A stretch of 63,663 bases of DNA, filler included, from Stramenopiles sp. TOSAG23-3 (taxonomy: Eukaryota): assembly GCA_900128585.1 (NCBI GenBank). It is 18 parts of 18 records of this genome, joined end to end, with 100 filler letters (N's around TTAATTAATTAA, not from the genome) between each part and the next. Parts side by side here need not be neighbours in the genome. Positions count along the whole stretch, not along the records: positions 42,563 to 46,001 come from LT644226.1; positions 46,102 to 49,537 come from LT644227.1; positions 49,638 to 53,073 come from LT644228.1; positions 53,174 to 56,607 come from LT644229.1; 14 more parts are not named here. One strand, written 5' to 3'. The translations under genes were made by a program, and so were the position numbers. Position 1 is the stretch's first letter. The number at the start of each line of letters is the position of its first letter. Of this stretch, positions 44,162 to 55,296 are shown piece after piece. The notes beneath the pieces were generated by a model. That model was not told the origin of the DNA and ran no database searches. It saw nothing but the letters and a program-made list of their open reading frames with translations.

Positions 44162-45820
44162 TTAGGCCTCTGCTTCTCTGTTTTCGTCCTCGATGCTATA
44201 TATCTTCTTATCGGCGACAGCAATTGCTTTCTCTCTTGCTTTCTCTCCGGCCTTTTCTTTCGCTGCCCCAGCCACAGCTTCCTCCAACGTGTTGTTCTCT
44301 GCCTCCATGTTCAGACCCCCTCGTGCCGGTTCAACCGCTGCCAGGTTTCTTACATCTCGCAACTTGCACTTCACAAATATTCTTGATATAAGCAATGATA
44401 GCTTCAGTGACCCAATTGTCATTGCTGAAACTGCAACTGGATATTGGACATCAGGGACGCGAAACGCAAAGGTGTCCCAGTTCACACTGATTCCAAAAAT
44501 AAAATCAGACAAGTGCAAAGCCGGAACCTTTCCCGAGGCTACTGCCGATACGTATGAGATCGACTGATTGAGCACCAAGACAACTGCCAGTATGTTTGCA
44601 ACAATAAACAGCCATGGTCCAACAGGTGCATTCACTGTCAGGCTTCTTGCCCGAATTGACTCAACAATACTGCATGGAGTCATAATAAGCACCAAAAAGA
44701 TGAGAAATGTAAATGCGCCCATCAAGATCATAATGACAAAGTTAGGCGCACTGGGAAGCCACACGCCCGGGCCTTCGTATAGTGCCCCGTCCGTGGCAAA
44801 CATTACGTCGTCGTTCCCCATCAGATTTGTACCAGGTTTTGTAAATGCAGCCAACATGCAATTGTAAATCATAGTTGTGAAAAAATACTGCATCACAGAT
44901 ATGAATACGTCTTGGACTTTTTTAGACCGCTTCGCCCAGCAGGATTGTTTGCCATCCTTATCTTTGATTTCAATTAAAAAGTAACGGAGTTGGTTCTTAA
45001 ATTTCAATTCAAGCATGTGCAATTTGTGGTCTTGTGGGGCAAACGTCCCCGAGCACTCCAAAAAGGCAAGTAACATCGCGCCACCGGCAAGAGTGAGAAT
45101 CGAGCAGACAGTTGCAAAAGGTAAAAACACCTCGGGGTCAACCTCCTGCACCTTTCCAAAGCATGCTGTATCATTCACCATATTGATGTTTTGTATGTAT
45201 CCCGCCTTTGCTTTCATGTAAAGCTGCATGCTGTCGCATTCGCCGAATGGGTCGTTGTTGGCGCCCCCCGTGCAGAGCACGTCTTTGTCAACGTTGAAGG
45301 TGAAATATATTTGCTCCATGTTTTTGCAAGGGTTTTCATAGTTTTTCTTCATGCACCTGCATTTCAATTCGTACATTTTCTTGCTTTCATTCGGTTCATC
45401 GGCAGAAAGGTTGGCCTCGTACTTTAGACAATCTCTATCATACGTTCCATTTACACCGACGTTTTTCTTATAATAGAAGTCTAAGCAATCCTGTAGTGTT
45501 AATTTTGGGCGTCTGTTGGGCGACATTGAGGTTAAGTTTAAGCCCATAGCGTTTCCCAGTGCCTGCTGTGCCCGTTCGTTTGCATAATCGGCGTTAAGAG
45601 CAAAACCTTTCCGGAATTCAACTTCTTTGGTAATGAGCCAGTTTTGAGTCAGTACGATTGCCGTCACAATATAGCCCACAACAATTGCGAAGGACTGCAA
45701 CCATTCAATTACATGCCATGTCTTTCTAAGAGGACCGACGGTTTCACCGTGCGCCGCGGCTTCATCCATGTCTGCCTTGAAGCGGCGCTTCAGATCGTTT
45801 GGTGTAACGAAAATACTCAT
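44162..45820 (-). CDS. Uncharacterised multi-pass membrane protein with a Cys-rich extracellular loop
   Basis: 552-aa ORF; about 5-6 hydrophobic segments; Cys residues and N-glycosylation sequons between TM1 and TM2. Confidence 0.75.
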   Translation of the reverse strand: MSIFVTPNDLKRRFKADMDEAAAHGETVGPLRKTWHVIEWLQSFAIVVGYIVTAIVLTQNWLITKEVEFRKGFALNADYANERAQQALGNAMGLNLTSMSPNRRPKLTLQDCLDFYYKKNVGVNGTYDRDCLKYEANLSADEPNESKKMYELKCRCMKKNYENPCKNMEQIYFTFNVDKDVLCTGGANNDPFGECDSMQLYMKAKAGYIQNINMVNDTACFGKVQEVDPEVFLPFATVCSILTLAGGAMLLAFLECSGTFAPQDHKLHMLELKFKNQLRYFLIEIKDKDGKQSCWAKRSKKVQDVFISVMQYFFTTMIYNCMLAAFTKPGTNLMGNDDVMFATDGALYEGPGVWLPSAPNFVIMILMGAFTFLIFLVLIMTPCSIVESIRARSLTVNAPVGPWLFIVANILAVVLVLNQSISYVSAVASGKVPALHLSDFIFGISVNWDTFAFRVPDVQYPVAVSAMTIGSLKLSLLISRIFVKCKLRDVRNLAAVEPARGGLNMEAENNTLEEAVAGAAKEKAGEKAREKAIAVADKKIYSIEDENREAEA

Positions 45821-46347
45821 TATTTTTTACAAACTTTGGTCGTACAGAACTTGTATGGACTTTTGCGAAAAAGCTGTGCCTACTGTTACTACAAATAGTC
45901 ATCCAGAAGAAATGCAGTGTAATCTGTCGTCTTTCACTATGAGTTGAGTGTTTAAAGTTTGAACAAGGCAAGAAGTGAAATTTTTGAGAGGAAAGGCCTT
46001 CNNNNNNNNNNNNNNNNNNNNNNNNNNNNNNNNNNNNNNNNNNNNTTAATTAATTAANNNNNNNNNNNNNNNNNNNNNNNNNNNNNNNNNNNNNNNNNNN
46101 NGTGGAGAGTGGAGAGAGGAGGAGGGTGTTAGTTGTTTATTTGATTGATAGATGTGGTACACGATAATAAGATTTTTTGACAAAACAAGAAAAGATGTGG
46201 AGAGAATCTTTCATTTTTAGAGAAGAAAGATAGTTTTATATAGTGTAAAGTAGTGCTTCTTAAAAGTGTGCGACGACGAGCGTGTGGTGCAGTGTGCCCT
46301 TTTTCGTTTCAATCCAATCCAACCCGGCCGACCCTCCCATTTTAGCC

Positions 46348-47316
46348 ATGGGGTGTGCTCCGAGCGACTGTTGCGGGCCGAACCCGATAAGCCCGTACGT
46401 GAAGTACGCCACGAACAAGTCCAAGTGTCCGCTTCAAACGGTGAATTTTGCGGGAATTGCCGAACTCATAAAGAGTGGAATGTGCGAAAACATTGTATGG
46501 CTCAGCGGGGCTGGAATTTCGTGCTCTGCCGGGATACCGGACTTTCGTACTCCGGGGACTGGCCTGTACAGTAACCTTCAGAAATACAACTTGCCAGAGC
46601 CAGAAGCAATGTTTGATTTGGACTTTTTCCGGTCCAACCCGGAGCCGTTCTATGACCTGGCCCGGGTCTTGTACCCCGGGTACTACTCCCCGACGTTGAC
46701 GCATTTTTTCATTCTGTTGCTTCACCGTAAAAAGAAATTGCTTAGAACCTATACCCAAAACATAGACATGCTAGAGAGGGTTGCGGGGATACCGTCCCAT
46801 AAGATTGTGGAGGCGCACGGGACGTGGTCCCAGGCCTCTTGCATAGACTGCTGGGAGCCGGAGGATGGTAACTGGGTCAGGACGAGAATAAAAAAGAAAC
46901 TGTCGTGCAACTGCCGCCATTGTGGTGGGAATTTAAAGCCGAACATCGTTTTCTTTGGGGAGCCCGTCAGCATGGACTTGGAGCGCCAGGCGTTGGCCGA
47001 CCTGCGGAAAGCGGACCTTTTGATTGTCGCGGGTACGTCGTTGCAGGTACAACCATTTTGCAAATTGATTGAGATGGTGGAACCTTACGTGCCGCGAGTG
47101 CTGTTTAATTTGGATCCCGTGGGGGTGCGGGGGGAGTTTATCGGTGATGGGGGATTCCTGTTTGGCCACCCTAAGAATTATAGGGACGTGTGCGTGCTTG
47201 GTGAAGTCGATCTAATTGTGACCAAGTTTGCTAAAATGTTGGGCTGGGTAAAGGACCTCCAACGATTGGTAAAGGACCACAAAGCCCCAGAGATGGGCCG
47301 TTTGTTTTCGCCATGA
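46348..47316 (+). CDS. Class I sirtuin (SIRT2/Hst2-like)
   Basis: GAGISCSAGIPDFRTP, YTQNID, EAHG, CxxC..CxxC, KPNIVFFGE, GTSLQVQPF; start MGCAPSDCC. Confidence 0.93.
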   Translation: MGCAPSDCCGPNPISPYVKYATNKSKCPLQTVNFAGIAELIKSGMCENIVWLSGAGISCSAGIPDFRTPGTGLYSNLQKYNLPEPEAMFDLDFFRSNPEPFYDLARVLYPGYYSPTLTHFFILLLHRKKKLLRTYTQNIDMLERVAGIPSHKIVEAHGTWSQASCIDCWEPEDGNWVRTRIKKKLSCNCRHCGGNLKPNIVFFGEPVSMDLERQALADLRKADLLIVAGTSLQVQPFCKLIEMVEPYVPRVLFNLDPVGVRGEFIGDGGFLFGHPKNYRDVCVLGEVDLIVTKFAKMLGWVKDLQRLVKDHKAPEMGRLFSP

Positions 47317-47413
47317 ATGTAAGAATAACATGTTAACACTTTAATAAACATGGTATTGTATTTACCCGTCGCATCGGTGCGTTCTTAAAATTGTTAGTAA
47401 AGTGTCTTACGTC

Positions 47414-49363
47414 TTACATTTTAGCGTGCTGCTTCGCCTGCGTTCGTAACTGACCGCTCAAAAACTCTCCCACCTGGGCGATTAGGTTTGCCTTGGCAGC
47501 TCGCGCGAGTGCGGACGCCCCTCCGGTTAGTTCAGTGTCGTCTTGAATATCGTGGGTACTTTTCGGTTCCGGGATCGACGACAGCAAGTGAGTGGGGATA
47601 TCTTCCACCCGCATGACACTAAGTTGCTTGTACAGGCGTCCACGAACGAGGCACCCTGGCAACGCACCGGTGTGCCTTCCCCCTTCAAACGTAGGGACAC
47701 CCTTCATGATCGTCATTACATACCCCTCTGCTCCTTGGAACCACCTGCCGCCCCCCGCCGGAAGATCCTTGAGGAACGTCGGCGTTTTCAATGCCAACCG
47801 TTTCATATCTATTATGTTTAGGTCGGCACGCTTGCCAACTTCTACGGTACCACGGTCATGGTGAAGCCCGAGCAGGCGGGCCGTGTCCAATGTCTGCAAG
47901 TACACTGCACGTTCCAACGAAAGTTTGCGGCCGGCAGAACGGTCGCGTGCATAATGAGACAACATGAAAGTCGGGCAGCTGGACTCCTGGAAGATGCCGA
48001 GGTGAGCACCGCCGTCGCCAAGCCCGACTTTGACGTGGGGATGGGAAAACATTTCCATTCGGTCTTCCAAGGAGCTGTTCCCGGTCAGCGGGGCCCAAAG
48101 CACTTTTCCTTCCGCAAGCGCGTCATACATGAGCTCGTCGGCAGACACCGCCCCCCCTACCTTCAACGACATTGCCCCAAACGTTTCAGTTGTTTTGTCC
48201 CTCTCATACTGGGGAGCTCCTTGTCCAGGCGGAACCAATGGGTAAACGTTGAAAGGCGAAAACATGGCTTGCGAAAACGGTTTTCCTGCAAACATGCTGG
48301 TCTCCGACAAAATTCGCCGTTTGAAAGCAGGGTCGCGCAGGCGGCGCAGCTGTTCTGCAACTGGCAAATGCACCAGCTCTCGCTGAAACGTTGCATGGCC
48401 GAGGAGCGGGTGGTATGGGGCACCAATTTGTTGCAAGGACCCTTGCTGCTTTAACATCGTCTGCACGGTGAGTAATTCCCAGCCCTCGCTGCGGTTCGCC
48501 TCTTCCAGGACTTTAAATACTTGCTGGCGTACTTCTGGGCTGCCAGAGGGAAGGCAAACAGACGCCGGAATTTTAAACGCAGCAGCCAAGGACCGTATCC
48601 ACTCGAACTCCACCCCGACGTCCGCAAAGTCGTTCAGGATTTCGAATAGCCCTCCACCGGCATCTGCCATGCCCGCAAACAACGAGATTAATTCCTGCGT
48701 TCCTGCGTAAGTCCCTGGAATCACCACCGATGACGTGTCGCGATGAAGGAGTGTGCGGGACGTTGATACACCGGCTGCGCCGGCATTCAGCGCTTCTCGC
48801 ACTAGCATTCGCATCTTTCGGAGGTCTTCGGAGGTTGCTTCTCCGTGGCATCGGTCCGACCCCATTGCATATATCCGCAGCGGGACGTGGGCTACATAGG
48901 CCATGAAATCAACGGCAGTATTCAACTTTTCCAACTCATTCATAAATTCTGGAAATGTCTCCCAGGTGAAATCCAGCCCGTCCGCAATAACTACCCCAGG
49001 GATGTCTTCCACCCCCTCCAATGCTGACACCAGTTGGTCCCGATCTTGGGGGCGGCAAGGGGCAAAGCCAACACCACAATTTCCAAAACAAACCGTAGTG
49101 ACTCCGTGGTTGCTGCTCGGGGAGAGCAGTGGGTCCCAAAAGACTTGGGCATCGAAGTGTGTATGAACGTCAACAAACCCAGGTGTTACATGATACCCAG
49201 TTGCATCCACCACCCGGGCACCTGGGTAGGTGTTTGCGATCCCGGGCCCTATTGCTACAACCAGACCAGAGGATGAAGACACAGCAACGTCTGCAACGAA
49301 CGCTGGCCGGCTCCCCGTCCCGTCCACGACTTTCCCGTTGGCAATGATCAAATCCACATCCAT
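47414..49363 (-). CDS. N-acyl-D-amino-acid deacylase (amidohydrolase) with PTS1-like C-terminus
   Basis: VVDGTG, PGFVDVHTHFD, HGVTTVCFGNCGVGFAP, DGGAH, GKRADLN; ends in -AKM. Confidence 0.9.
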   Translation of the reverse strand: MDVDLIIANGKVVDGTGSRPAFVADVAVSSSSGLVVAIGPGIANTYPGARVVDATGYHVTPGFVDVHTHFDAQVFWDPLLSPSSNHGVTTVCFGNCGVGFAPCRPQDRDQLVSALEGVEDIPGVVIADGLDFTWETFPEFMNELEKLNTAVDFMAYVAHVPLRIYAMGSDRCHGEATSEDLRKMRMLVREALNAGAAGVSTSRTLLHRDTSSVVIPGTYAGTQELISLFAGMADAGGGLFEILNDFADVGVEFEWIRSLAAAFKIPASVCLPSGSPEVRQQVFKVLEEANRSEGWELLTVQTMLKQQGSLQQIGAPYHPLLGHATFQRELVHLPVAEQLRRLRDPAFKRRILSETSMFAGKPFSQAMFSPFNVYPLVPPGQGAPQYERDKTTETFGAMSLKVGGAVSADELMYDALAEGKVLWAPLTGNSSLEDRMEMFSHPHVKVGLGDGGAHLGIFQESSCPTFMLSHYARDRSAGRKLSLERAVYLQTLDTARLLGLHHDRGTVEVGKRADLNIIDMKRLALKTPTFLKDLPAGGGRWFQGAEGYVMTIMKGVPTFEGGRHTGALPGCLVRGRLYKQLSVMRVEDIPTHLLSSIPEPKSTHDIQDDTELTGGASALARAAKANLIAQVGEFLSGQLRTQAKQHAKM

Positions 49364-49714
49364 ATTCTGTTTCCTTTTCCCGGCAACCTTCCTATGAGCA
49401 ATACTAAAAACTCTAATCAATTATTCTACTATTACTATATACAAAGTGTAAACAAGAAATAGTAAGTTGAAGATAGAACACCAATCCCCCTCCCCAAAGA
49501 CCCAATCCGTCCTCCTCCTCGCGCCCCCACCCCCCCANNNNNNNNNNNNNNNNNNNNNNNNNNNNNNNNNNNNNNNNNNNNTTAATTAATTAANNNNNNN
49601 NNNNNNNNNNNNNNNNNNNNNNNNNNNNNNNNNNNNNTAAAGAAATCGTAAAAGAACTCTCACATTTCAAAATGGTTTTTAGGCTCTCCTCTCCTTTCTC
49701 CCCTTTACCCACCC

Positions 49715-51814
49715 TCACCATGGGCTCCTGTCTTTGATGACCCGGACCAGGGTGTACATAGGAAGGTACACCAGGCAGATGAACCGGAGGTGCAGGGTCC
49801 CGAGGGCAAAGTGTTCCACGGTCCACTCCAGAAGGCCACCACTGTACCACGCGAGCGTGAGAAAAAAGTACGGGGAAAACAAAAAGAACAGGGCGCGGTG
49901 GAGAACGCCGGTGCACCATCCCTCGCCCGCCCTCCCCACGGGCCGGACCAGGATCATGTACGGCGCAAAGTACAGGCAGGTCAGCAGCGCAAGGCCGTAG
50001 TTGATGATGCCGATCGGGGCGTGGCACATCCACGCGTACGCACACAGGATCGCCTTGACGGTCTTCCACTCGTGCTCGGGCAGGGTCCGCCGGGCGGGGC
50101 CGCCGCACGACAAGCACGACGACGCCGCCGCGTGGCACGCGGCCTCCCCGGCAAGGACGGCGCCGCACCAGAGCGCCACGCAGGTCGCCTTGTCCAGCGA
50201 CGGGACCGACCAAACGACCGTGATCAGGAGGAGGGCCAGGACCCCGTGCAGGAAGGCCGCGAACACGGCCACGTACGGCCCAAACGTGCAGAACATCATC
50301 GACGACGCGCCTTTCTCCAGGGACTCCTTTCGAACGACGGAGAATGCCGCAAGGAACAGGCTCGTCGTCCCGATGACCAGGACCCACGCGTACTCGCCGT
50401 ACGCGACGAAGTGTTCCGTGGACAGCATCACGTAGTTCCAAAAGGCGTTGTGAAAGTCCTCCGACAGGTTGCTCAGGCTCCGCACCACGCGCTGAATGGT
50501 CCTCGCCAAGCGGTCGGTGCGGTAGGATCGGCGGCGGCCCGCCCCCTCGCCCTCGTCTCCGGCCGCCCCCCCCCGGGCGGGGCCCAAAGTGAACGCGTCG
50601 ATCGAGTACCCCAGGAAGTGCTGGTGGCCCCCGCTGGTCGGGCAGAAGGCGAGATCGTACAAAAATTGAAACATGGTCCCCAGGCTCGACACGTAGAACG
50701 ACATCGCGGGGTGCCAGCTGGCCACGCGGGGGAGGACGTTCGCCTCGACCCAGTCGTCTATCCCGACCGGGGAGCGCGAGAACGTGACGCGCGTCTCGTG
50801 CAGCTTCCCAACCAGGTTGACGTAGTCCATGTTTGCCAGGCTTCCGTGGTACCCCTGAAGGTACAGCCCAAGCCGGTCCCCGAAGCTGTCCCCGCCGCGA
50901 AAGTCCAGGGAAAGGGCGGAGAAGATGAGCCCGGCCCGACGGAAGGCGGACGCCTCGGCGCTGCGGGTCGCTGGCGACCACCCCGCGCCGTCAGGCTCCC
51001 CCGAAAAAATATCGACCATTCGGCTGTTCACCTCGTCCCCTTCCATGTACATGTCCAGCCACGCCTTTGCCCCCAAATCCATCCCAAAGTCCCAGCCCCG
51101 CCGGTCCGCGCCCCCGTCCGCCGCGACGAGCACGATGTTCTTCGACAGCCACGTGACCTTGGACAGGGCCTCCACCAGGGCAATCCCAAGCGCCACCCCG
51201 GACGGGGACCGTGCCACGACATCGTTGTGCCCCTGGTTCCCCGGAACGTAGCGGTTCATGGTCCCCAAGCTCACCAGGACCACGACCGCCTCTTTCCGGT
51301 CCGCCGCCCGGCGAGGGTGAAGGATCGAGTACACGTTTTCCCGGAGGGTCGGCCGGGACACCGAGGGCGTTCGGCCCGGCCGCTGGTCGTTCCCCACGAA
51401 CCGTTGAACGTGCGTTTCCGCGCCAACGGCGTTCGCCAGCGTGGCATTGATCCAACCCAAGACGTCTGCGCACGCCCCCGAAGCCGTGTCCTCCAGCGCG
51501 CACCCGTTCGGGCGGAACCCTTTCCCCCCGTTTTCGACGGAGGCGGCGTGGACGGACGCTAGAAAATCGTGATGCAGTTCCTCGGCGCGCGCAACGACTT
51601 GGTCGGCAAAATTGGGGGGCGCACTGTACGGTAGGAGGGCGTTCTCGTCAAAGTACGTGCCCCTGCACTTGGGCTCGAACGTGGTTATCGACGCCAAGGG
51701 GTGGAGGAACGTCCACGCAATCGCAATAAAGTACAACAAGAAATGGCACTCTACCCGGACCACGGCGGGGAGGACCTTCTTGGAACAGCATCGAGCACCC
51801 CGTTCTCGAAGCAT
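49715..51814 (-). CDS. GPAA1: GPI transamidase subunit GAA1
   Basis: TYFDENALLP, WLSKNIVLV, G.LANMDYVN, H..FLGYSIDAFTL, RSLSNLSEDFH; C-terminal TM helices. Confidence 0.9.
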   Translation of the reverse strand: MLRERGARCCSKKVLPAVVRVECHFLLYFIAIAWTFLHPLASITTFEPKCRGTYFDENALLPYSAPPNFADQVVARAEELHHDFLASVHAASVENGGKGFRPNGCALEDTASGACADVLGWINATLANAVGAETHVQRFVGNDQRPGRTPSVSRPTLRENVYSILHPRRAADRKEAVVVLVSLGTMNRYVPGNQGHNDVVARSPSGVALGIALVEALSKVTWLSKNIVLVAADGGADRRGWDFGMDLGAKAWLDMYMEGDEVNSRMVDIFSGEPDGAGWSPATRSAEASAFRRAGLIFSALSLDFRGGDSFGDRLGLYLQGYHGSLANMDYVNLVGKLHETRVTFSRSPVGIDDWVEANVLPRVASWHPAMSFYVSSLGTMFQFLYDLAFCPTSGGHQHFLGYSIDAFTLGPARGGAAGDEGEGAGRRRSYRTDRLARTIQRVVRSLSNLSEDFHNAFWNYVMLSTEHFVAYGEYAWVLVIGTTSLFLAAFSVVRKESLEKGASSMMFCTFGPYVAVFAAFLHGVLALLLITVVWSVPSLDKATCVALWCGAVLAGEAACHAAASSCLSCGGPARRTLPEHEWKTVKAILCAYAWMCHAPIGIINYGLALLTCLYFAPYMILVRPVGRAGEGWCTGVLHRALFFLFSPYFFLTLAWYSGGLLEWTVEHFALGTLHLRFICLVYLPMYTLVRVIKDRSPW

Positions 51815-52418
51815 GTTGCGGGGTAGAAACGAAAAAAGAAAAAACGCCCAACCGAACCGAAGAAATCGAATGGGTGCGCGCGACTAACTTTACAAAGAGC
51901 AAGGCAATTTCTGGGTGGAAAGCAATTTTATAACTTTATCTCTGTTGCTTGCGTTTATTTTTTGATTTTATTGTGAAGGATGAAATATATTACGAACGAC
52001 TTGGTATTTTATACTCTCTCCTCTCCTCAAAACTTCAAAAAAAGAATATTTTTATTATTATTATCCTCCGTCCGACGATCGATAGAGGAGTACGTTTATA
52101 TGTAAAATATACGTCGCAAAAATTAATATTATTATTGGTGGTAACGTATGTTTTAGTATGTGTGAAGTATAGTGTAGAAAGATTCCTGTTACGAATTATT
52201 TTATTTACGGAGATGGATGTGGATTTTCAATTTTAAAACGCAACACGAAGAAGCGGAGAAACTTGTTTGAAAGAGCGCACGTTGTAATGAAACAACGACG
52301 GCACCGCGAACAAATTTTTCTTCTCTCGCCGAAATAAAAAACGAACGGCTTTTGTTCTTGGAAATCTTTACCTCTGGTCCTGTTTCCCGTCCATCCACCC
52401 GTCCGCCCCCCACCTTAC

Positions 52419-53000
52419 TCAAAACAGGTTCCCATTGTTCATAACGTTCGTAGGGTCGACCGCCTTTTTCACCGCCTTCAGCATCTCCATGCCAGTGTCC
52501 GAGACGGTCTCCCGCAGCCATTTCTTTCGGTGCTTTCCCACCCCATGGTGGTGGGAAATGCTCCCTTTGTGCCGAATGATTTCGTCCCTTGCTGCGCTTT
52601 CGATGGCGCCGAATGCGGCGAGTGGGTCTTTCATACCACGCCACATGAAGCCAAAATACGTATATACACATGCCCCAGTGTCGTAGGTCTGGGTTACGCG
52701 AGAGCACACGAAGGGTTCGACGGGGACGTGGTGCCGCTTGCACTCGTCCCGTATCCGCTGGTTCACCCCCTCGACGAGGGGAAGGACGTGGCCCCACGGG
52801 ACCGACGTTTCGAAGGATTCGGACATGAAGTAAAAATCAAACCCGTAGTCCCTTAGGTAGGCGATCACGTAGGTGAGAAAGTAGCCCCGGAGGCCGTTGT
52901 CCGGCCCGCCCTTGATCCCCCCGTGCTTTGCGCAGACCTGGTACAACCGCCGCTCCTGCTCCCGGATCTCTCGGTCCGTCTGCCCCTCAAAGACGAGGGT
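52419..53000 (-). CDS. AGPS: Alkyl-dihydroxyacetonephosphate synthase, C-terminal part
   Basis: GYFLTYVIAYLRD, ESFETSVPW, RVTQTYDTGACVY, GSISHHHGVGK, DPTNVMNNGNL. Confidence 0.93.
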   Translation of the reverse strand, partial: TLVFEGQTDREIREQERRLYQVCAKHGGIKGGPDNGLRGYFLTYVIAYLRDYGFDFYFMSESFETSVPWGHVLPLVEGVNQRIRDECKRHHVPVEPFVCSRVTQTYDTGACVYTYFGFMWRGMKDPLAAFGAIESAARDEIIRHKGSISHHHGVGKHRKKWLRETVSDTGMEMLKAVKKAVDPTNVMNNGNLF

Positions 53001-53212
53001 GGGTAAAGGGGAGAAAGGAGAGGAGAGCCTAAAAACCATTTTGAAATGTGAGAGTTCTTTTACGATTTCTTTANNNNNNNNNNNNNNNNNNNNNNNNNNN
53101 NNNNNNNNNNNNNNNNNTTAATTAATTAANNNNNNNNNNNNNNNNNNNNNNNNNNNNNNNNNNNNNNNNNNNNTTGTTATAATAAATATGTTCTTGAGTT
53201 TTTATATAATAT

Positions 53213-53587
53213 TTATTTCTTTCCCACCATCGACACCGCCCTCGCCTCCTCCTCCTTTATCGCGCGGATTCTTTCCCGCTCTTCGGATTCTTCGAAAAGA
53301 AGGGCGAATCTGTCAGCGTTTGGCCGAGAGATCTGAACTTTCTTGTATTCAACGAGTTCCGCGCCACTGGTGAGTAGTACTGCGTCCAGCTCTTCCTTGA
53401 TCTCGCCGTCAAACTGTTCCAACGCGTCTGGCTTTACAATGAACAGACACCTCTCTGGGCCTTCCCTCCACTCAGCATCAAGGTCTATTTCTTCTTCAGA
53501 CTCTGCAAAAGAGACCTGGCTCCGGGAAGTGCTTTTCCCACTCACCCCAGACCGGGCGGTAGACCTCGCACTACTCTTAACGCTCAT
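53213..53587 (-). CDS. N-terminal fragment of an NDP-kinase-like (NME-type) protein
   Basis: ERCLFIVKPDA motif; the ORF runs into AT-rich sequence near the contig edge (possible intron). Confidence 0.55.
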   Translation of the reverse strand: MSVKSSARSTARSGVSGKSTSRSQVSFAESEEEIDLDAEWREGPERCLFIVKPDALEQFDGEIKEELDAVLLTSGAELVEYKKVQISRPNADRFALLFEESEERERIRAIKEEEARAVSMVGKK

Positions 53588-54399
53588 CGTCCTCTCCCCG
53601 TAATACCGTTTTTTTCAGCAAGCGAGCAAACGAACGGCAGGTAAGCGATGACGATATTCAAACGAGCGCAGGCAGATTGGCGGACAGTATAAACAGGAAA
53701 TATAGGTTTGAAAATCAGAAAACAGAAAGAATGAAAAAGATACAACTCACGCGTAAATGCCCCTTCCTTCTTATTCATGAGGTTTCTTCGCCGTACATTT
53801 GAGTCGGAGCGAGTATTCGAGATGATTCTTTTAGTATATAGTGTGGTACCAAGTATTATTTCTATTTTTTTTTGCGCGATTATTATTATTATTTTATATA
53901 TATTAAAATTAAATTAAGTGTAAAAAAATAACAACAACAGGCAAATAATAAAGGGATTTTTTTTGTTTTTGACACACCACCACCACCGTACTTCTATACC
54001 CTAGCTGCTGCTGCCGCCCAGCCGGCGTTATAATAATTTATTAGTAATTTATGTATGGGTCAACTTTCGTTCTTTCTTTTTTAGATTTCTTTTTTCCTTT
54101 TCTTTTCTTTTCTTTTCTTTCTTTAAACCAAACCAAATCGATGCTACGTTCCTTTCGTACAACAAGAAGGAAGGCCATGGGAGAGAAAGAAAGAAGCGTT
54201 TCATTCTTCTACGAGAGTCCATCCTACGAGGAGTCTGGGCGGTCAATACAAACACACAGCATAGAGAATACAACATTTAACTATAAACAAAAGGAAAGGA
54301 AAAAAACGGATAGTAGTAAAGGAATAGTGGGAGGACTGGGTATTTATTTATACAGATAATACAAAAAAAAAAACCTTTTGTAGAACAACCACCGTACAA

Positions 54400-54576
54400 A
54401 AGAAGAAAGTAGGAAAGAAGGAAAGAAGGAAAGAAGGAAGGAAAGAAGGAATAAAAGAAAAAAAGAAGGAAGGAAGGAAGGAAGGAAGGAAGGAAAGAAG
54501 GAAGGAAGGAAGGAAGGAAAGAAGGAAGGAAAGAAGGAAAGAAGGAAAGAAGGAAGGAAGGAATGAAGGAAGGAGG
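54400..54576 (+). repeat. (GGAA/GAAA)n microsatellite
   Basis: Directly visible. Confidence 0.95.
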
Positions 54577-55296
54577 CTTATTAGGTGCAATTTTGGGCCG
54601 GGTTCCTTTACACAGCTTCTACAGGATGAGATAAAATGGAAATGTGTGGATACTATCGCTTAATGCTTCATAAATTAAGTATTTATAGATACTGTACATA
54701 AATAAATTAAATAATTTATTTTTTATCGAATATATAATTAGTACACATATTAGTTTAAATTATATATTGTATTATGTATATATATACACATATATACCTT
54801 AATTATAGAAGAGACGTATTTCTTAGTCCTATTCAAGGGATTAAATATAGAAATAATACTAAAGATTTTAATCCTTATTATTACACTGTGTTTATTGTAC
54901 AGTATTTTTAATTATTTAACTAACTCCAATAACAACTCTTCTTCTATTCAATAATATTATTATTACATTAATACTGTACTTACTGTATTAATTATCTTTT
55001 TTTCTTCTTCTTGTTGTTGTCTTCTTCTTCCTCATCTTCTTTTCTTTTTCTTCTTCTTTAGTCTAATTAAATAATTATTAATAATTTTTTTTTTTTTATA
55101 ATAATTATTATAATAATCTTTCTTCGATTTAATTTAGTATAAGATACAAACGGATCAACAAACAAATGAATAAAGCGAATGGAAAGGTTTATTGATCGAA
55201 AGAGGATTCTCAGTCTAGCTTTCAACTGAAACATAAAAATAATTTAGTGAAAGTGCAATACATTATTGAAAACAAACAAACAGAAATTTTATAACC

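Noticed and set aside
49590-51562. Long overlapping ORFs (463 aa, 590 aa) over GPAA1
   Set aside because: Shadow frames of a very GC-rich gene; Arg/Gly/Pro-rich with no motifs
49638-53073. 79-bp terminal inverted repeats (49638-49716 / 52995-53073) suggesting a transposon carrying GPAA1
   Set aside because: The right copy cuts into the conserved AGPS coding sequence at an ACCCTC microhomology and duplicates the GPAA1 3' flank, which is typical of an MDA inversion chimera
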